Assembly: GCA_964022135.1 (NCBI GenBank) | Contig: CAXIBD010000009.1 | Location: 491-64,490 of the forward strand | Direction of reading: 5' to 3' | From: an uncultured Sphingomonadales bacterium | GTDB taxonomy: Bacteria; Pseudomonadota; Alphaproteobacteria; Sphingomonadales; Sphingomonadaceae | DNA: 64,000 nucleotides | Shown here: positions 9,634 through 17,443 of the stretch, piece after piece | How positions within the stretch are numbered: the first letter of the stretch is position 1 | How the letters are laid out: each line of letters begins with the position of its first letter | Notes under the pieces: model-generated | The model's database searches: none | What the model saw: only the letters and a program-made list of their open reading frames with translations | Told to the model about the DNA's origin: nothing | Made by a program: the position numbers and the translations under genes

Positions 9634-11627
9634 CAGAAATTCAATCCAAGGGTCAGCATGCCCGCGACCTGTGCGATCCAGGTGATGAAGATCATCGCAA
9701 TCACGAGAACAACCGCCCACACGCGCGCTTGCCAGCTGCGGCCCGGACGGAAAGCCTGCAACAGGTTCCAGCCGGTGGCCAGCAGGCCGCCAATGATCGC
9801 GACTATCCCGAAGATCTGCAGGACCTGCAACAACCAGTCGTAACGCCCGTTGAGATTGGCCTCTTCAACCGAGATCAGGCTGATGAAGCCGACCCAGCCG
9901 AGGATCAGGACGACAACAGCGGTCGCTGCAATACGGCTGGCGCGATAGGCACGCCGATCGTTGCGTTCCAGCGCGAGCGGTGTCTGGTAGCGCCGCCGTA
10001 TCACGGCGCGTATCGGCCACAGCAGCATGGTCAGGAACATGATGGCAAGAGCGGCCATGGCGACGGGCATCAACCACGCGGAATCCCGGTACCAGGGTAC
10101 CCTGTCGAACACCATGAATGGCGAAATCATGTCGAAGGACCAGCGCACCGGCTTTCCGTCGACCAGCTTGGCGGCCAGCTTCTCGTGATTGAGCGGATCT
10201 TCCCACTGGAATGGCGCAATCTCGACCCATTTGCGCGGCGCGCCACCGGGAGTGAGAAGGTCCGGCACAAGCAGGCCTCCGTCTTCCGAAACGCCGACCT
10301 GCGTCTGGCCGGTGAAATAGAGCATCCGCATCCAGCTGGACTGGGCGCGACGCGAGCTTTCCCAGGTTCCCGCCATCAGCTCGGCATGCTCCCGCTGGGT
10401 CTTGCTGTCGAGCGGTGCGGGCATCGGTGGACCGGGGAAATAGCGGTCGGCAAAATCGTGGAACAGCGCGATGCGCAGCGTGCCTGAAGCTCCTTGCTTG
10501 CCGGCGCTGTTGAACGAAACATAGAAGCCGGTATCTTCATTTTCAAACAGGTGCAGCGACGTGTGGAAGTCGGAGGTATCGCCGAGATGGGCGATGACCT
10601 GACGACCATTCACGTTGGTTTCAAAAAAACCGAGCTCCATGCGATTCAGGCCCGGGATGAAGGTCGTTGGCGAATTGTGCATCAGGCGCGCGGTTTCCGG
10701 CTTCAGGATGCGCTTGCCGTCCAGTTCCCCATTCTGGAGATGGGCGATCATGAAACGCCCCATATCGGCCCCCGACGCGGACAGCGAGCCGGCCGGAGCC
10801 GGCCCCACATGCTCGAAATCGCGCGCGTCTTCGCTGGCCCTTGCATAGCCTTTCGACATGTAGGGCTCCAGCTTCTTGGGCAAAGGCTGGCGCATGCTCG
10901 AATAGTTCATCCCCAGCGGGTCGAAAACGTGCCTGTCGACATAATCGTAGAAATTTTCGCCGGAAACGCGCTGGACGATATAGCCCGCAAGCGATGTGGC
11001 GTAATTGGAATAGGCTGGCGTGGTTCCCGGTTCGAAAATCGTTTCTGGCGTCCAGCGCTTGAGCAGTGCCACATAGTCAGGAACCGAATTCGGGCCACGA
11101 CCGATGATCGATTTGGCATTTTCTTCAAAGCCCGCCGTATGCTGCATCAGGTTGCGCATGGTGATCGGCTTGCCGTTTTCAGGGGAAATCTTGAAATCGA
11201 GATACTGGTCGACATTTGCGTCCAGATCGATCTTTCCCTGCTCGACCAGTTGCATGACGGCGGTCCAGGTGACCAGCTTGGAGACCGAACCCGGGCGGAA
11301 CAGGGTCTTCTCGGGATCAACCGGCTTCAGCTTTTCGACATCGGCATAGCCGTAGCCGCGCTCGCTGATGATTTCGCCATCCTTGACGACCACGACAACG
11401 GCACCGGCGATATCGGAGGAAGCCAGCGCAAAAGGCATATAGCCATCGAGCCAGGCATCCAGATCGCTGGCGGTCAGTTCCTTGCCCTGCGAAGAGGAGT
11501 CCCGGGTGCCTTCAGATTGCGCAGCTGCGGGAGCAGAATCCGGCGTGAGCGGGAGGTCGACCTGGGCCAGCACCGGTATCGCCAAAATCGCCAATAACGC
11601 CGCGATGATTGCCTGTCTGATTGTCAT
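9633..11627 (-). CDS. serine hydrolase (beta-lactamase / S12 family) with C-terminal multi-helix membrane domain
   Basis: ORF 9633..11672, start preferred at ATG 11627 (GGGGAGAG 5 nt upstream). Signal peptide MTIRQAIIAALLAILAIPVLAQ; SxxK in GSVSKLVTW. The last ~170 aa contain 4 strongly hydrophobic helices. Confidence 0.8.
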   Translation of the reverse strand: MTIRQAIIAALLAILAIPVLAQVDLPLTPDSAPAAAQSEGTRDSSSQGKELTASDLDAWLDGYMPFALASSDIAGAVVVVVKDGEIISERGYGYADVEKLKPVDPEKTLFRPGSVSKLVTWTAVMQLVEQGKIDLDANVDQYLDFKISPENGKPITMRNLMQHTAGFEENAKSIIGRGPNSVPDYVALLKRWTPETIFEPGTTPAYSNYATSLAGYIVQRVSGENFYDYVDRHVFDPLGMNYSSMRQPLPKKLEPYMSKGYARASEDARDFEHVGPAPAGSLSASGADMGRFMIAHLQNGELDGKRILKPETARLMHNSPTTFIPGLNRMELGFFETNVNGRQVIAHLGDTSDFHTSLHLFENEDTGFYVSFNSAGKQGASGTLRIALFHDFADRYFPGPPMPAPLDSKTQREHAELMAGTWESSRRAQSSWMRMLYFTGQTQVGVSEDGGLLVPDLLTPGGAPRKWVEIAPFQWEDPLNHEKLAAKLVDGKPVRWSFDMISPFMVFDRVPWYRDSAWLMPVAMAALAIMFLTMLLWPIRAVIRRRYQTPLALERNDRRAYRASRIAATAVVVLILGWVGFISLISVEEANLNGRYDWLLQVLQIFGIVAIIGGLLATGWNLLQAFRPGRSWQARVWAVVLVIAMIFITWIAQVAGMLTLGLNF

Positions 11628-11710
11628 GCCAACTCTCCCCACTTCCCGAGATTCCCGACTGACTGATTGCAATCACCGGAAAAATTTCCTATTCATTAAA
11701 CCGTAAAGAT

Positions 11711-11727
11711 TAGTCCTGATTAGGTCG
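11711..11727. promoter_or_regulatory. second copy of the GTCCTGATTAGG operator in the XRE-cupin / hydrolase divergent promoter
   Basis: TAGTCCTGATTAGGTCG; 12/12 identity with the core at 7293..7304; lies between 11627/11672 (minus-strand gene) and 11776 (regulator). Confidence 0.55.
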
Positions 11728-11775
11728 TTGTTATCCTGAAATGAAAAATCAGTCAATTGGTTTGGAGATAAAATA

Positions 11776-12429
11776 ATGAGTTCGGAGCGACAGACGCTAG
11801 GTGCGCTTCTCCGCGGTTTGCGAAGTCGCAACAATTGGACGCTGAAGGAAATGAGCGACGAAAGCGGGATTCCGGTATCGACCCTGTCGAAGGTCGAGCA
11901 CGACCGGCTGACATTGACTTATGACAAGCTGCTGCAGCTCAGCGACCGGCTCGGCGTCCCCATCACCGAATTATTTGCCCAGCCCGAAAATGCCGATCAG
12001 CCGGTCACGGCGCGGCGCAGCATCGGAACCATCGAGGAATCCGTGCGGGTCGAAACGCCCAATTACGATTATTATTATCTGTGCACCGAGCTGCGCCACA
12101 AGCGCATCATTCCGGTGGTCACGCGCATCCGTGCCAAGAGCACGAAAGAGTTCGGCAAACTGGTTTCGCACCCCGGCGAAGAATATATCTACGTTCTGGA
12201 AGGCGCGATCGAGGTCCATACCGAATTCTACGATCCGGTCACCCTCTCGAAGGGGGAATCCATCTATATCGATTCAAACATGGGCCACGCCTATATCGCC
12301 ACCGATGGTTTTGACGAAGCCGTGGTTCTCGGGGTGATGTCGAGCGAAGACAGCAACCTTATCGACTCCCTGATGTCGTTGCATGACGACGAGAAAAACA
12401 GCGGATCCCGGGAAACGGCCAAAAGCTGA
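11776..12429 (+). CDS. XRE-family transcriptional regulator with C-terminal cupin domain
   Basis: HTH block NWTLKEMSDESGIPVSTLSKVEHD; cupin block HPGEEYIYVLEGAIEV...GHAY; GGAGA 8 nt upstream of the ATG. Confidence 0.85.
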   Translation: MSSERQTLGALLRGLRSRNNWTLKEMSDESGIPVSTLSKVEHDRLTLTYDKLLQLSDRLGVPITELFAQPENADQPVTARRSIGTIEESVRVETPNYDYYYLCTELRHKRIIPVVTRIRAKSTKEFGKLVSHPGEEYIYVLEGAIEVHTEFYDPVTLSKGESIYIDSNMGHAYIATDGFDEAVVLGVMSSEDSNLIDSLMSLHDDEKNSGSRETAKS

Positions 12430-12510
12430 AGAATCCGACAGCGCGAGCCCGGCCCTTTCCCGCGATTGCCGCGTCGCGCGGACACGCCTTCGGACGGTGG
12501 ACATCTCATT

Positions 12511-12600
12511 TCAGCTGAACAGCTTTTCGATCAGAGACTGACCGTACCCCGCGACGCCGCCATCGATCGGAAGCACCCGTCCGGCAGCGCGATCAACGGA
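12511..12600 (-). pseudogene. possible 3' remnant of a short-chain dehydrogenase gene
   Basis: Reverse-strand frame reads SVDRAAGRVLPIDGGVAGYGQSLIEKLFS-stop, like an SDR C-terminus (G..L.IDGG). No matching upstream body, and it overlaps the stop of the neighbouring gene in another frame. Confidence 0.25.
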
Positions 12601-13636
12601 CAATGGGAAGCAATCGTTGCCAAAGCTGTTCGTCGAAATGCTCGTCGGGCGCCTTGGCCCCTGTCCGCACCACGATCAGATTCAGGCTGGGAACTATATA
12701 GAGTCGTCGATCCAGAAAACCGAGCGCCGCAACCAGATCGGATGGTGCCGTCGAAATCAGCGGGCCTTCCCGCCTGGCCGCCCCTGCCCGAACGACATAA
12801 TCGCTGCCGTTAAGCCACCACAGTCGACCATAAGCGGGGTTGGTGGCCGATGGCTGGAACATCTTCCGCAGTTCCTGTTCCGAAATGATGCGATTGCCGG
12901 CCGGACCGACCCCGCCATTCAGGACCATCGCTCCGAAGCGGGCAGTATCGCCAGGCGTCGTGACCAGTCCCGTATCGTTGCCGACGTTGCCGAGCGCAGG
13001 GGGACGCTTTCGCCATTGCGTTTCCGTCATTCCCAATGGACCCGTGAGCCAGGCGGCCGTCATCGTTTCGAGCGACATGCCGGATGCGGTCGTCAGAATA
13101 GGCTTCGAAACGGCATAAGCCGGCGTGTTGTAGAAAAAAAGCGTCCCCGGAGGTGCCTCATATTCAAGCCTCTCGTTCAACCCGGAATTCATTGCCAATA
13201 TGTGAGCGACATGGATCTGCGCTTCCTGCTCCGGGCTCGCCTTCGACCAGCCGGCACCAAGATAGCGGTTCACCGGTTCGTCGACGCTGATCAGTCCCTT
13301 GTCGACTGCAATGCCGACGAGAACGGCAACGAAGCTTTTTTGCTGCGAAGCGACGTCTTCATGCAATTCTCCCTGATCGGTAACCTCATAGCGGAACAGG
13401 TCAAATAACGGGTCGGAGGGCGGTGGCCAATTCCGTGCAACCAGCGTGACGTTGTCCTTGATGACCAGAATGCCGGTCGTGTTCTGATCCTGGACATAAG
13501 AGAGCAGCTCTTCTGTCGCGGCCTCATGGTTCTCCATGCCACCGGTCGCCGCTACCGGCCGATCGACGCTTGCGCCCTGGCATCCCGTCATCAAACAGGC
13601 GATCAACAGGGAAAAAACAGCACATCGATTACGCAT
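12593..13636 (-). CDS. serine hydrolase (beta-lactamase / S12 family), lipoprotein
   Basis: 347 aa. Lipobox in FSLLIACLMTGC; SxxK in VASQQKSFVAV. Confidence 0.75.
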   Translation of the reverse strand: MRNRCAVFSLLIACLMTGCQGASVDRPVAATGGMENHEAATEELLSYVQDQNTTGILVIKDNVTLVARNWPPPSDPLFDLFRYEVTDQGELHEDVASQQKSFVAVLVGIAVDKGLISVDEPVNRYLGAGWSKASPEQEAQIHVAHILAMNSGLNERLEYEAPPGTLFFYNTPAYAVSKPILTTASGMSLETMTAAWLTGPLGMTETQWRKRPPALGNVGNDTGLVTTPGDTARFGAMVLNGGVGPAGNRIISEQELRKMFQPSATNPAYGRLWWLNGSDYVVRAGAARREGPLISTAPSDLVAALGFLDRRLYIVPSLNLIVVRTGAKAPDEHFDEQLWQRLLPIVR

Positions 13637-13683
13637 TCTTCTCTCCCGACTTTGGTATTTTCCCGGTCCACGACCAGCAGCCT

Positions 13684-14436
13684 TTATCTGCCGGCAGCAG
13701 ACCTCGAGCCATGTGAGCGCGTACCCCGTGCGAGCATGATCCGCGCCACTTCTCCCTGCATGAAATACAAGATGTCGCGAGCGCTTTGGCTGGCCTGGTC
13801 GGCGTCGCGGGCGACGAGCGCGGCCCTGACCTTCCGCCAGTGGGCATAGGGACCCGATTCCTCCGAATTGATCGCCAGCGCCACATAGGAATAATGGAAC
13901 CGGGTCTTGCGCCGGACCGAGCCAATCATCTTCTGCGCATCGGCGCTGGCATGGCCGGCCATCGCGCTGAATATTCTTTCGCTCAATCCGATGATCCGCT
14001 CTGCGGGCTGATGATCGCCGGCCGCCGCGAGCAGTCGATCGATATCCGCCAGATATTCTGCAACTTCCGCGTCGGATGCCCGCATGCAGGCCACCCTGAC
14101 GGCCAGTCCATAGAGGGCGGCCCGCACCTCGTAGAGGTCAAAAACCTCCTCGACCGTGGTCGCGGATACTCTCGCACCCCGGTTCTCCTCGATCTCGACA
14201 AGGCCATCCTCGCCGAGAATACGCAGCGCCCGCCTTGCGACCGAACGCCCCACGCCAAATTCGCTACAAAGCCGCGCTTCCCGAAGCCATTCGCCTGGCT
14301 CCAGTTCATTGCTTTGGATCCGTTCGCGCAGCGATTGCGCGACCGCATTGGCAACGGTCGCGCTGCCCAGTGGCACAGGCTTTTTGGCGTCGACAACGTC
14401 CTTCTGTTCTGCCCCGGCCTTTTTCGTATCGTTCAT
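13684..14436 (-). CDS. GntR-family transcriptional regulator (FadR/FCD subfamily)
   Basis: The ORF track extends this to 15090, but the N-terminal part is Arg/Pro-rich antisense junk. The real protein starts at MNDTKK (ATG 14436; alternative 14460). wHTH block RLCSEFGVGRSVARRALRILGEDGLVEIEENRGARV plus a helical FCD-like C-terminus. Confidence 0.8.
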   Translation of the reverse strand: MNDTKKAGAEQKDVVDAKKPVPLGSATVANAVAQSLRERIQSNELEPGEWLREARLCSEFGVGRSVARRALRILGEDGLVEIEENRGARVSATTVEEVFDLYEVRAALYGLAVRVACMRASDAEVAEYLADIDRLLAAAGDHQPAERIIGLSERIFSAMAGHASADAQKMIGSVRRKTRFHYSYVALAINSEESGPYAHWRKVRAALVARDADQASQSARDILYFMQGEVARIMLARGTRSHGSRSAAGR

Positions 14437-14487
14437 CGCAACATTCCTACGGGTAGCCATCCGGTGGCTCAAGATAATATTCAACAA

Positions 14488-14526
14488 TTGTACCATAATT
14501 GTCGTACAATATATTGACATACGACA
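14488..14526. promoter_or_regulatory. overlapping inverted repeats (GntR-type operator candidates)
   Basis: TTGTAC (14488-93) / GTACAA (14504-09) and TGTCGTA (14500-06) / TACGACA (14520-26), in the GntR / M28-like divergent intergenic region. TTGTCGTACAA fits the GT-N-AC core of GntR sites. Confidence 0.45.
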
Positions 14527-14582
14527 GGTCGCTGGCCGAAAGCATGTTCTCCCGGCAAAAATCCCTATGACGAGGTGTCCCG

Positions 14583-15878
14583 ATGATGAAAACGAGCAGG
14601 CGAAGCTTTCTGGGCGCGAGCGCTGCACTGTCGCTGGCGCCCGCACGGATTTCCGCGCAGACTCCGGCAGATGAAAAAGTCCGGGAGGACCTGCTCCGCT
14701 ATCTGGATTTCGGCAACAAGCGTGCCGGCGGCGCGGGCGACAATGGTTGCGGCGAGTGGCTGGAATCGGAACTTGCGCAGGCCGGCTATGCGGTCGAGCG
14801 GCAATATTACGAGGTTCCCTTTTTTGAAGCGTCGACGGCAGAGTTGGCATGCGAAGATCTTGCCGTTTCGATCTATCCGCAGCCGGTCGTCGTCCCGACT
14901 GGCCCGCAAGGTCTGGCGGGGCCGCTGGTGCGGGTCGACGGGCATGGCCAGTTCGCCGGTTCGATGAAAGGCGCAATTGCCCTCGTCGACCTGCCCCATG
15001 CAAGATGGTCGTCCATGCTGGCACCCGCGGTGCGGGCGCCGATCGAGGCCGCTTTCGCCGCAGGAGCAACCGCGGCGGTTGCCATAACACATGGCCCCTC
15101 GGGAAAGGTGATCGCGCTCAATGCCGACGGGCGGGGCCCGATGTTTCCAGGGCCGGTCGCCCTGCTCGCTCCGGACCTTGCCAAAGATTTTCTTGGCGCA
15201 GCAATGGGCAGGAAAGTTGCCCGATTGACCATCGATGGCAAGGGAGGAATGCGCAAGGCCTTCAATCTCGTCGGCCGGATGGACCGCGGCAAGCGGCACT
15301 GGCTGGCTGTTTCCACTCCCCGCTCGGGCTGGTTCGGGTGCGCGGCGGAGCGTGGCCCGGGCGTGGCTGCCTGGCTCGAACTGGCGCGATGGGCAGCGCA
15401 AGCCCTGCCGGACCACAATCTGTCCTTTCTGTGCAATACCGGTCATGAATATGAATATCTCGGAGCGGCAGAGGCGATGAAGGAGATCGCACCGCCGGTC
15501 GACCGGACCGACTTCTGGCTCCACATCGGGGCCAATGTCGCGGCTCGCGATTGGCATGTCATTGCCGGGGTTTCGCCGTTGCCCAGCGTCGACAGCCAGC
15601 GATATCTGTCCGTCTCGCCCACCCTGTTGCCCGTCGCCCGATCCATCTTTGCCGGGCAAACCGGTTACGAGGAACCGGTGTCCAGCGAGGTGCTTTCGGC
15701 TGGCGAACTCGACGAGGTGATCAAGGCGGGCTATTCCCCGGCCGCAGGGGTATTCGGAATTCACCGCTATCATCACACCGCGGAAGACGATGCCCGATGC
15801 TTCCATGTTCCCGCCACGGTCGAGGCCACGCAAGGATTTCGCAAACTGCTCGAAACGGTCGCCCGGCGCAACCTGTAA
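14583..15878 (+). CDS. Tat-signal M28-like peptidase with PA-type insert (function tentative)
   Basis: MMKTSRRSFLGASAALSLAPARISAQ (twin-arginine signal). Blocks GAGDNGCG, NTGHEYEYLG and YHHTAEDD resemble M28 metal-ligand blocks. Confidence 0.5.
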   Translation: MMKTSRRSFLGASAALSLAPARISAQTPADEKVREDLLRYLDFGNKRAGGAGDNGCGEWLESELAQAGYAVERQYYEVPFFEASTAELACEDLAVSIYPQPVVVPTGPQGLAGPLVRVDGHGQFAGSMKGAIALVDLPHARWSSMLAPAVRAPIEAAFAAGATAAVAITHGPSGKVIALNADGRGPMFPGPVALLAPDLAKDFLGAAMGRKVARLTIDGKGGMRKAFNLVGRMDRGKRHWLAVSTPRSGWFGCAAERGPGVAAWLELARWAAQALPDHNLSFLCNTGHEYEYLGAAEAMKEIAPPVDRTDFWLHIGANVAARDWHVIAGVSPLPSVDSQRYLSVSPTLLPVARSIFAGQTGYEEPVSSEVLSAGELDEVIKAGYSPAAGVFGIHRYHHTAEDDARCFHVPATVEATQGFRKLLETVARRNL

Positions 15879-15906
15879 GGAAGGCAAGCGGCGGCGGGCA
15901 ATGCTT

Positions 15907-15926
15907 CCGGACCTATTGCGGTCCGG
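15907..15926 (+). terminator. candidate rho-independent terminator after the M28-like gene
   Basis: CCGGACC (15907-13), loop tattgc, GGTCCGG (15920-26), 29 nt after the stop. The T-tract is weak (gattgaaatttc). Confidence 0.4.
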
Positions 15927-16135
15927 GATTGAAATTTCGGAAGAAAGTGGTGCGTGATGCAGTCCGTCGCGAACCGGTCTCGAGTGCAAATTTCTAGATT
16001 CTAGGTGGAACTATGGTCGAGCGTGGGTCCGACTCGCAATTCGTGACCTTACGACTGCTAACGATTAGGACAGAAAATGTAATATTTGAGCTTAATTCTG
16101 CAGAAACGAAATTTTTTGCGCCATGAAGTACAGAT

Positions 16136-16165
16136 ACGCGCGCGCGGGCGCGCGAGCGCGCGCGT
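16136..16165. repeat. 30-nt (CG)n-rich palindrome in AT-rich spacer
   Basis: ACGCGCGCGC-GGGCGCGCGA-GCGCGCGCGT. The outer 10-nt arms are perfect reverse complements, and the centre is also CG-alternating. Confidence 0.9.
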
Positions 16166-16323
16166 AAATCGAAGTGAGATAAGCATCAAGTCTTAATGCG
16201 AGGATCCTGTGATTGGAGAGCCTTTTAGTAGGTGTCGGGACTTTATGATCTTGGCCTGCCATAAGTGGCAGGCTAACCCGCTGCGACGCACGATGACAGG
16301 TTCTATAAAGGTAGGAGATGTTC

Positions 16324-17406
16324 ATGGCTGATGCAAGCGAAGAGCTTATCGTTGTTCCCATGAGCTTTCTGGTAAAGGCTGGGCTGTTTGAAAATAAGAA
16401 CTCCATCATCACTCTCACCTTCCAGGATCTTGGCATTTCTATAAGTTACAACGAAGACGATAACCAACTGCGGGTGATTGCAAACGGTTGGCAATTTCAA
16501 AAATGGTCAGTCGGTATCAGTCATCATCTCCTTGAACGTGGGCCTAGACTGTATTTCGATATTCATAATAATCAACAATCCCAATTGTTTATTATCATAT
16601 ATGGTGAGGATCTACATAGCCGTAAAAGTCTTCTGGAGGATTGCGGCGGCCCCTCTCTCGCGCGCAGGAAAAAGCTTCTTCAGCTCGCTCGGCAACGAGC
16701 CAAGTATTTTGTTACCCCCGGGCTTGGTGCCGTTAAGACCCGCAGGTTGGCAGCTCTCGCGCATCGCACGCTCTCTTTAGACGAGTTCGACAAGCTACCA
16801 AGTGAGACGATCGCGGCTTTTGAAAACGCTCGATCACTCGGACGGCTTCGCCGAGATTGGAAGAGCGCGCAGAACCAGCTAAGTTCTAAATATGCATTTG
16901 CAAACGCACCGGAAATGGCGCCTTTTTATGCTGAATATTTCCGCCGTACTTCGCCAGCCCAATTGAGACGTCAATACCCGGTTAGTGTTGCTGCGATTGA
17001 CCTGACGCCTCAGCCGATTGATAACTACTGCAGGCTCGATATCGCTGACATAAACCATGCTGGCATGTTGAAACGGGGCGAGCTGTTCATTCATAAACTC
17101 GCTTGGCCTCTAGGAAGGACCATGGGAAGAAACATCACGTTGTTTTCTGATTTGCGTGATGAAAGATATCCAATGCTGCTCTTCGAGCTTCTGTTTGCAA
17201 ATATTGATGAAGCGCTTTGGCAGCGGGTAATGCTCACCCAGGCCGATAATGCCAGATGGTATTTTTTATGCCCTATTGAGAAGCATCGGTGCGACAGGCT
17301 TTACTTTCGTGCGCACCGGTTTGGGTCATGGCAAGCCCAGAAGCTCTATCATCCCTCGCAGCGGGGCGGAAGGAGCAGGCCAGGCCAAGCATTAGATGTC
17401 GGGTAA
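16324..17406 (+). CDS. hypothetical protein, no family recognised (orphan at compositional boundary)
   Basis: ORF 16318..17406. AGGAG at 16313-17 favours the second ATG (16324). Low-GC codon usage, Arg-rich helical middle (LARRKKLLQLARQRAKYF), no motif I can place. Confidence 0.55.
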   Translation: MADASEELIVVPMSFLVKAGLFENKNSIITLTFQDLGISISYNEDDNQLRVIANGWQFQKWSVGISHHLLERGPRLYFDIHNNQQSQLFIIIYGEDLHSRKSLLEDCGGPSLARRKKLLQLARQRAKYFVTPGLGAVKTRRLAALAHRTLSLDEFDKLPSETIAAFENARSLGRLRRDWKSAQNQLSSKYAFANAPEMAPFYAEYFRRTSPAQLRRQYPVSVAAIDLTPQPIDNYCRLDIADINHAGMLKRGELFIHKLAWPLGRTMGRNITLFSDLRDERYPMLLFELLFANIDEALWQRVMLTQADNARWYFLCPIEKHRCDRLYFRAHRFGSWQAQKLYHPSQRGGRSRPGQALDVG

Positions 17407-17443
17407 TGATGAAGGACATCTTAGCAAGATTGAAGCCTAGCAC

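Noticed and set aside
13684-15989. 468-aa extension of the GntR ORF (to 15090) and the 474-aa minus ORF 14565..15989
   Set aside because: The N-terminal extension and the 474-aa ORF are antisense to the Tat-signal M28-like gene and are compositionally junk. The GntR domain starts cleanly at MNDTKK (14436).
15935-16010. tRNA or tRNA-fragment as an island attachment site (the reverse strand contains ..GGTTCGCGAC...CACGCACCA)
   Set aside because: I could not fold a T-arm or acceptor stem, and there is no D-loop or anticodon arm. The resemblance is limited to GGTTCG and a CCA-like end.
16092-16436. 114-aa minus-strand ORF crossing the (CG)n palindrome
   Set aside because: It reads ARARAPARA through the palindrome, overlaps the start of the orphan ORF, has no SD and has no recognisable fold. 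It is probably a by-product of the repeat.
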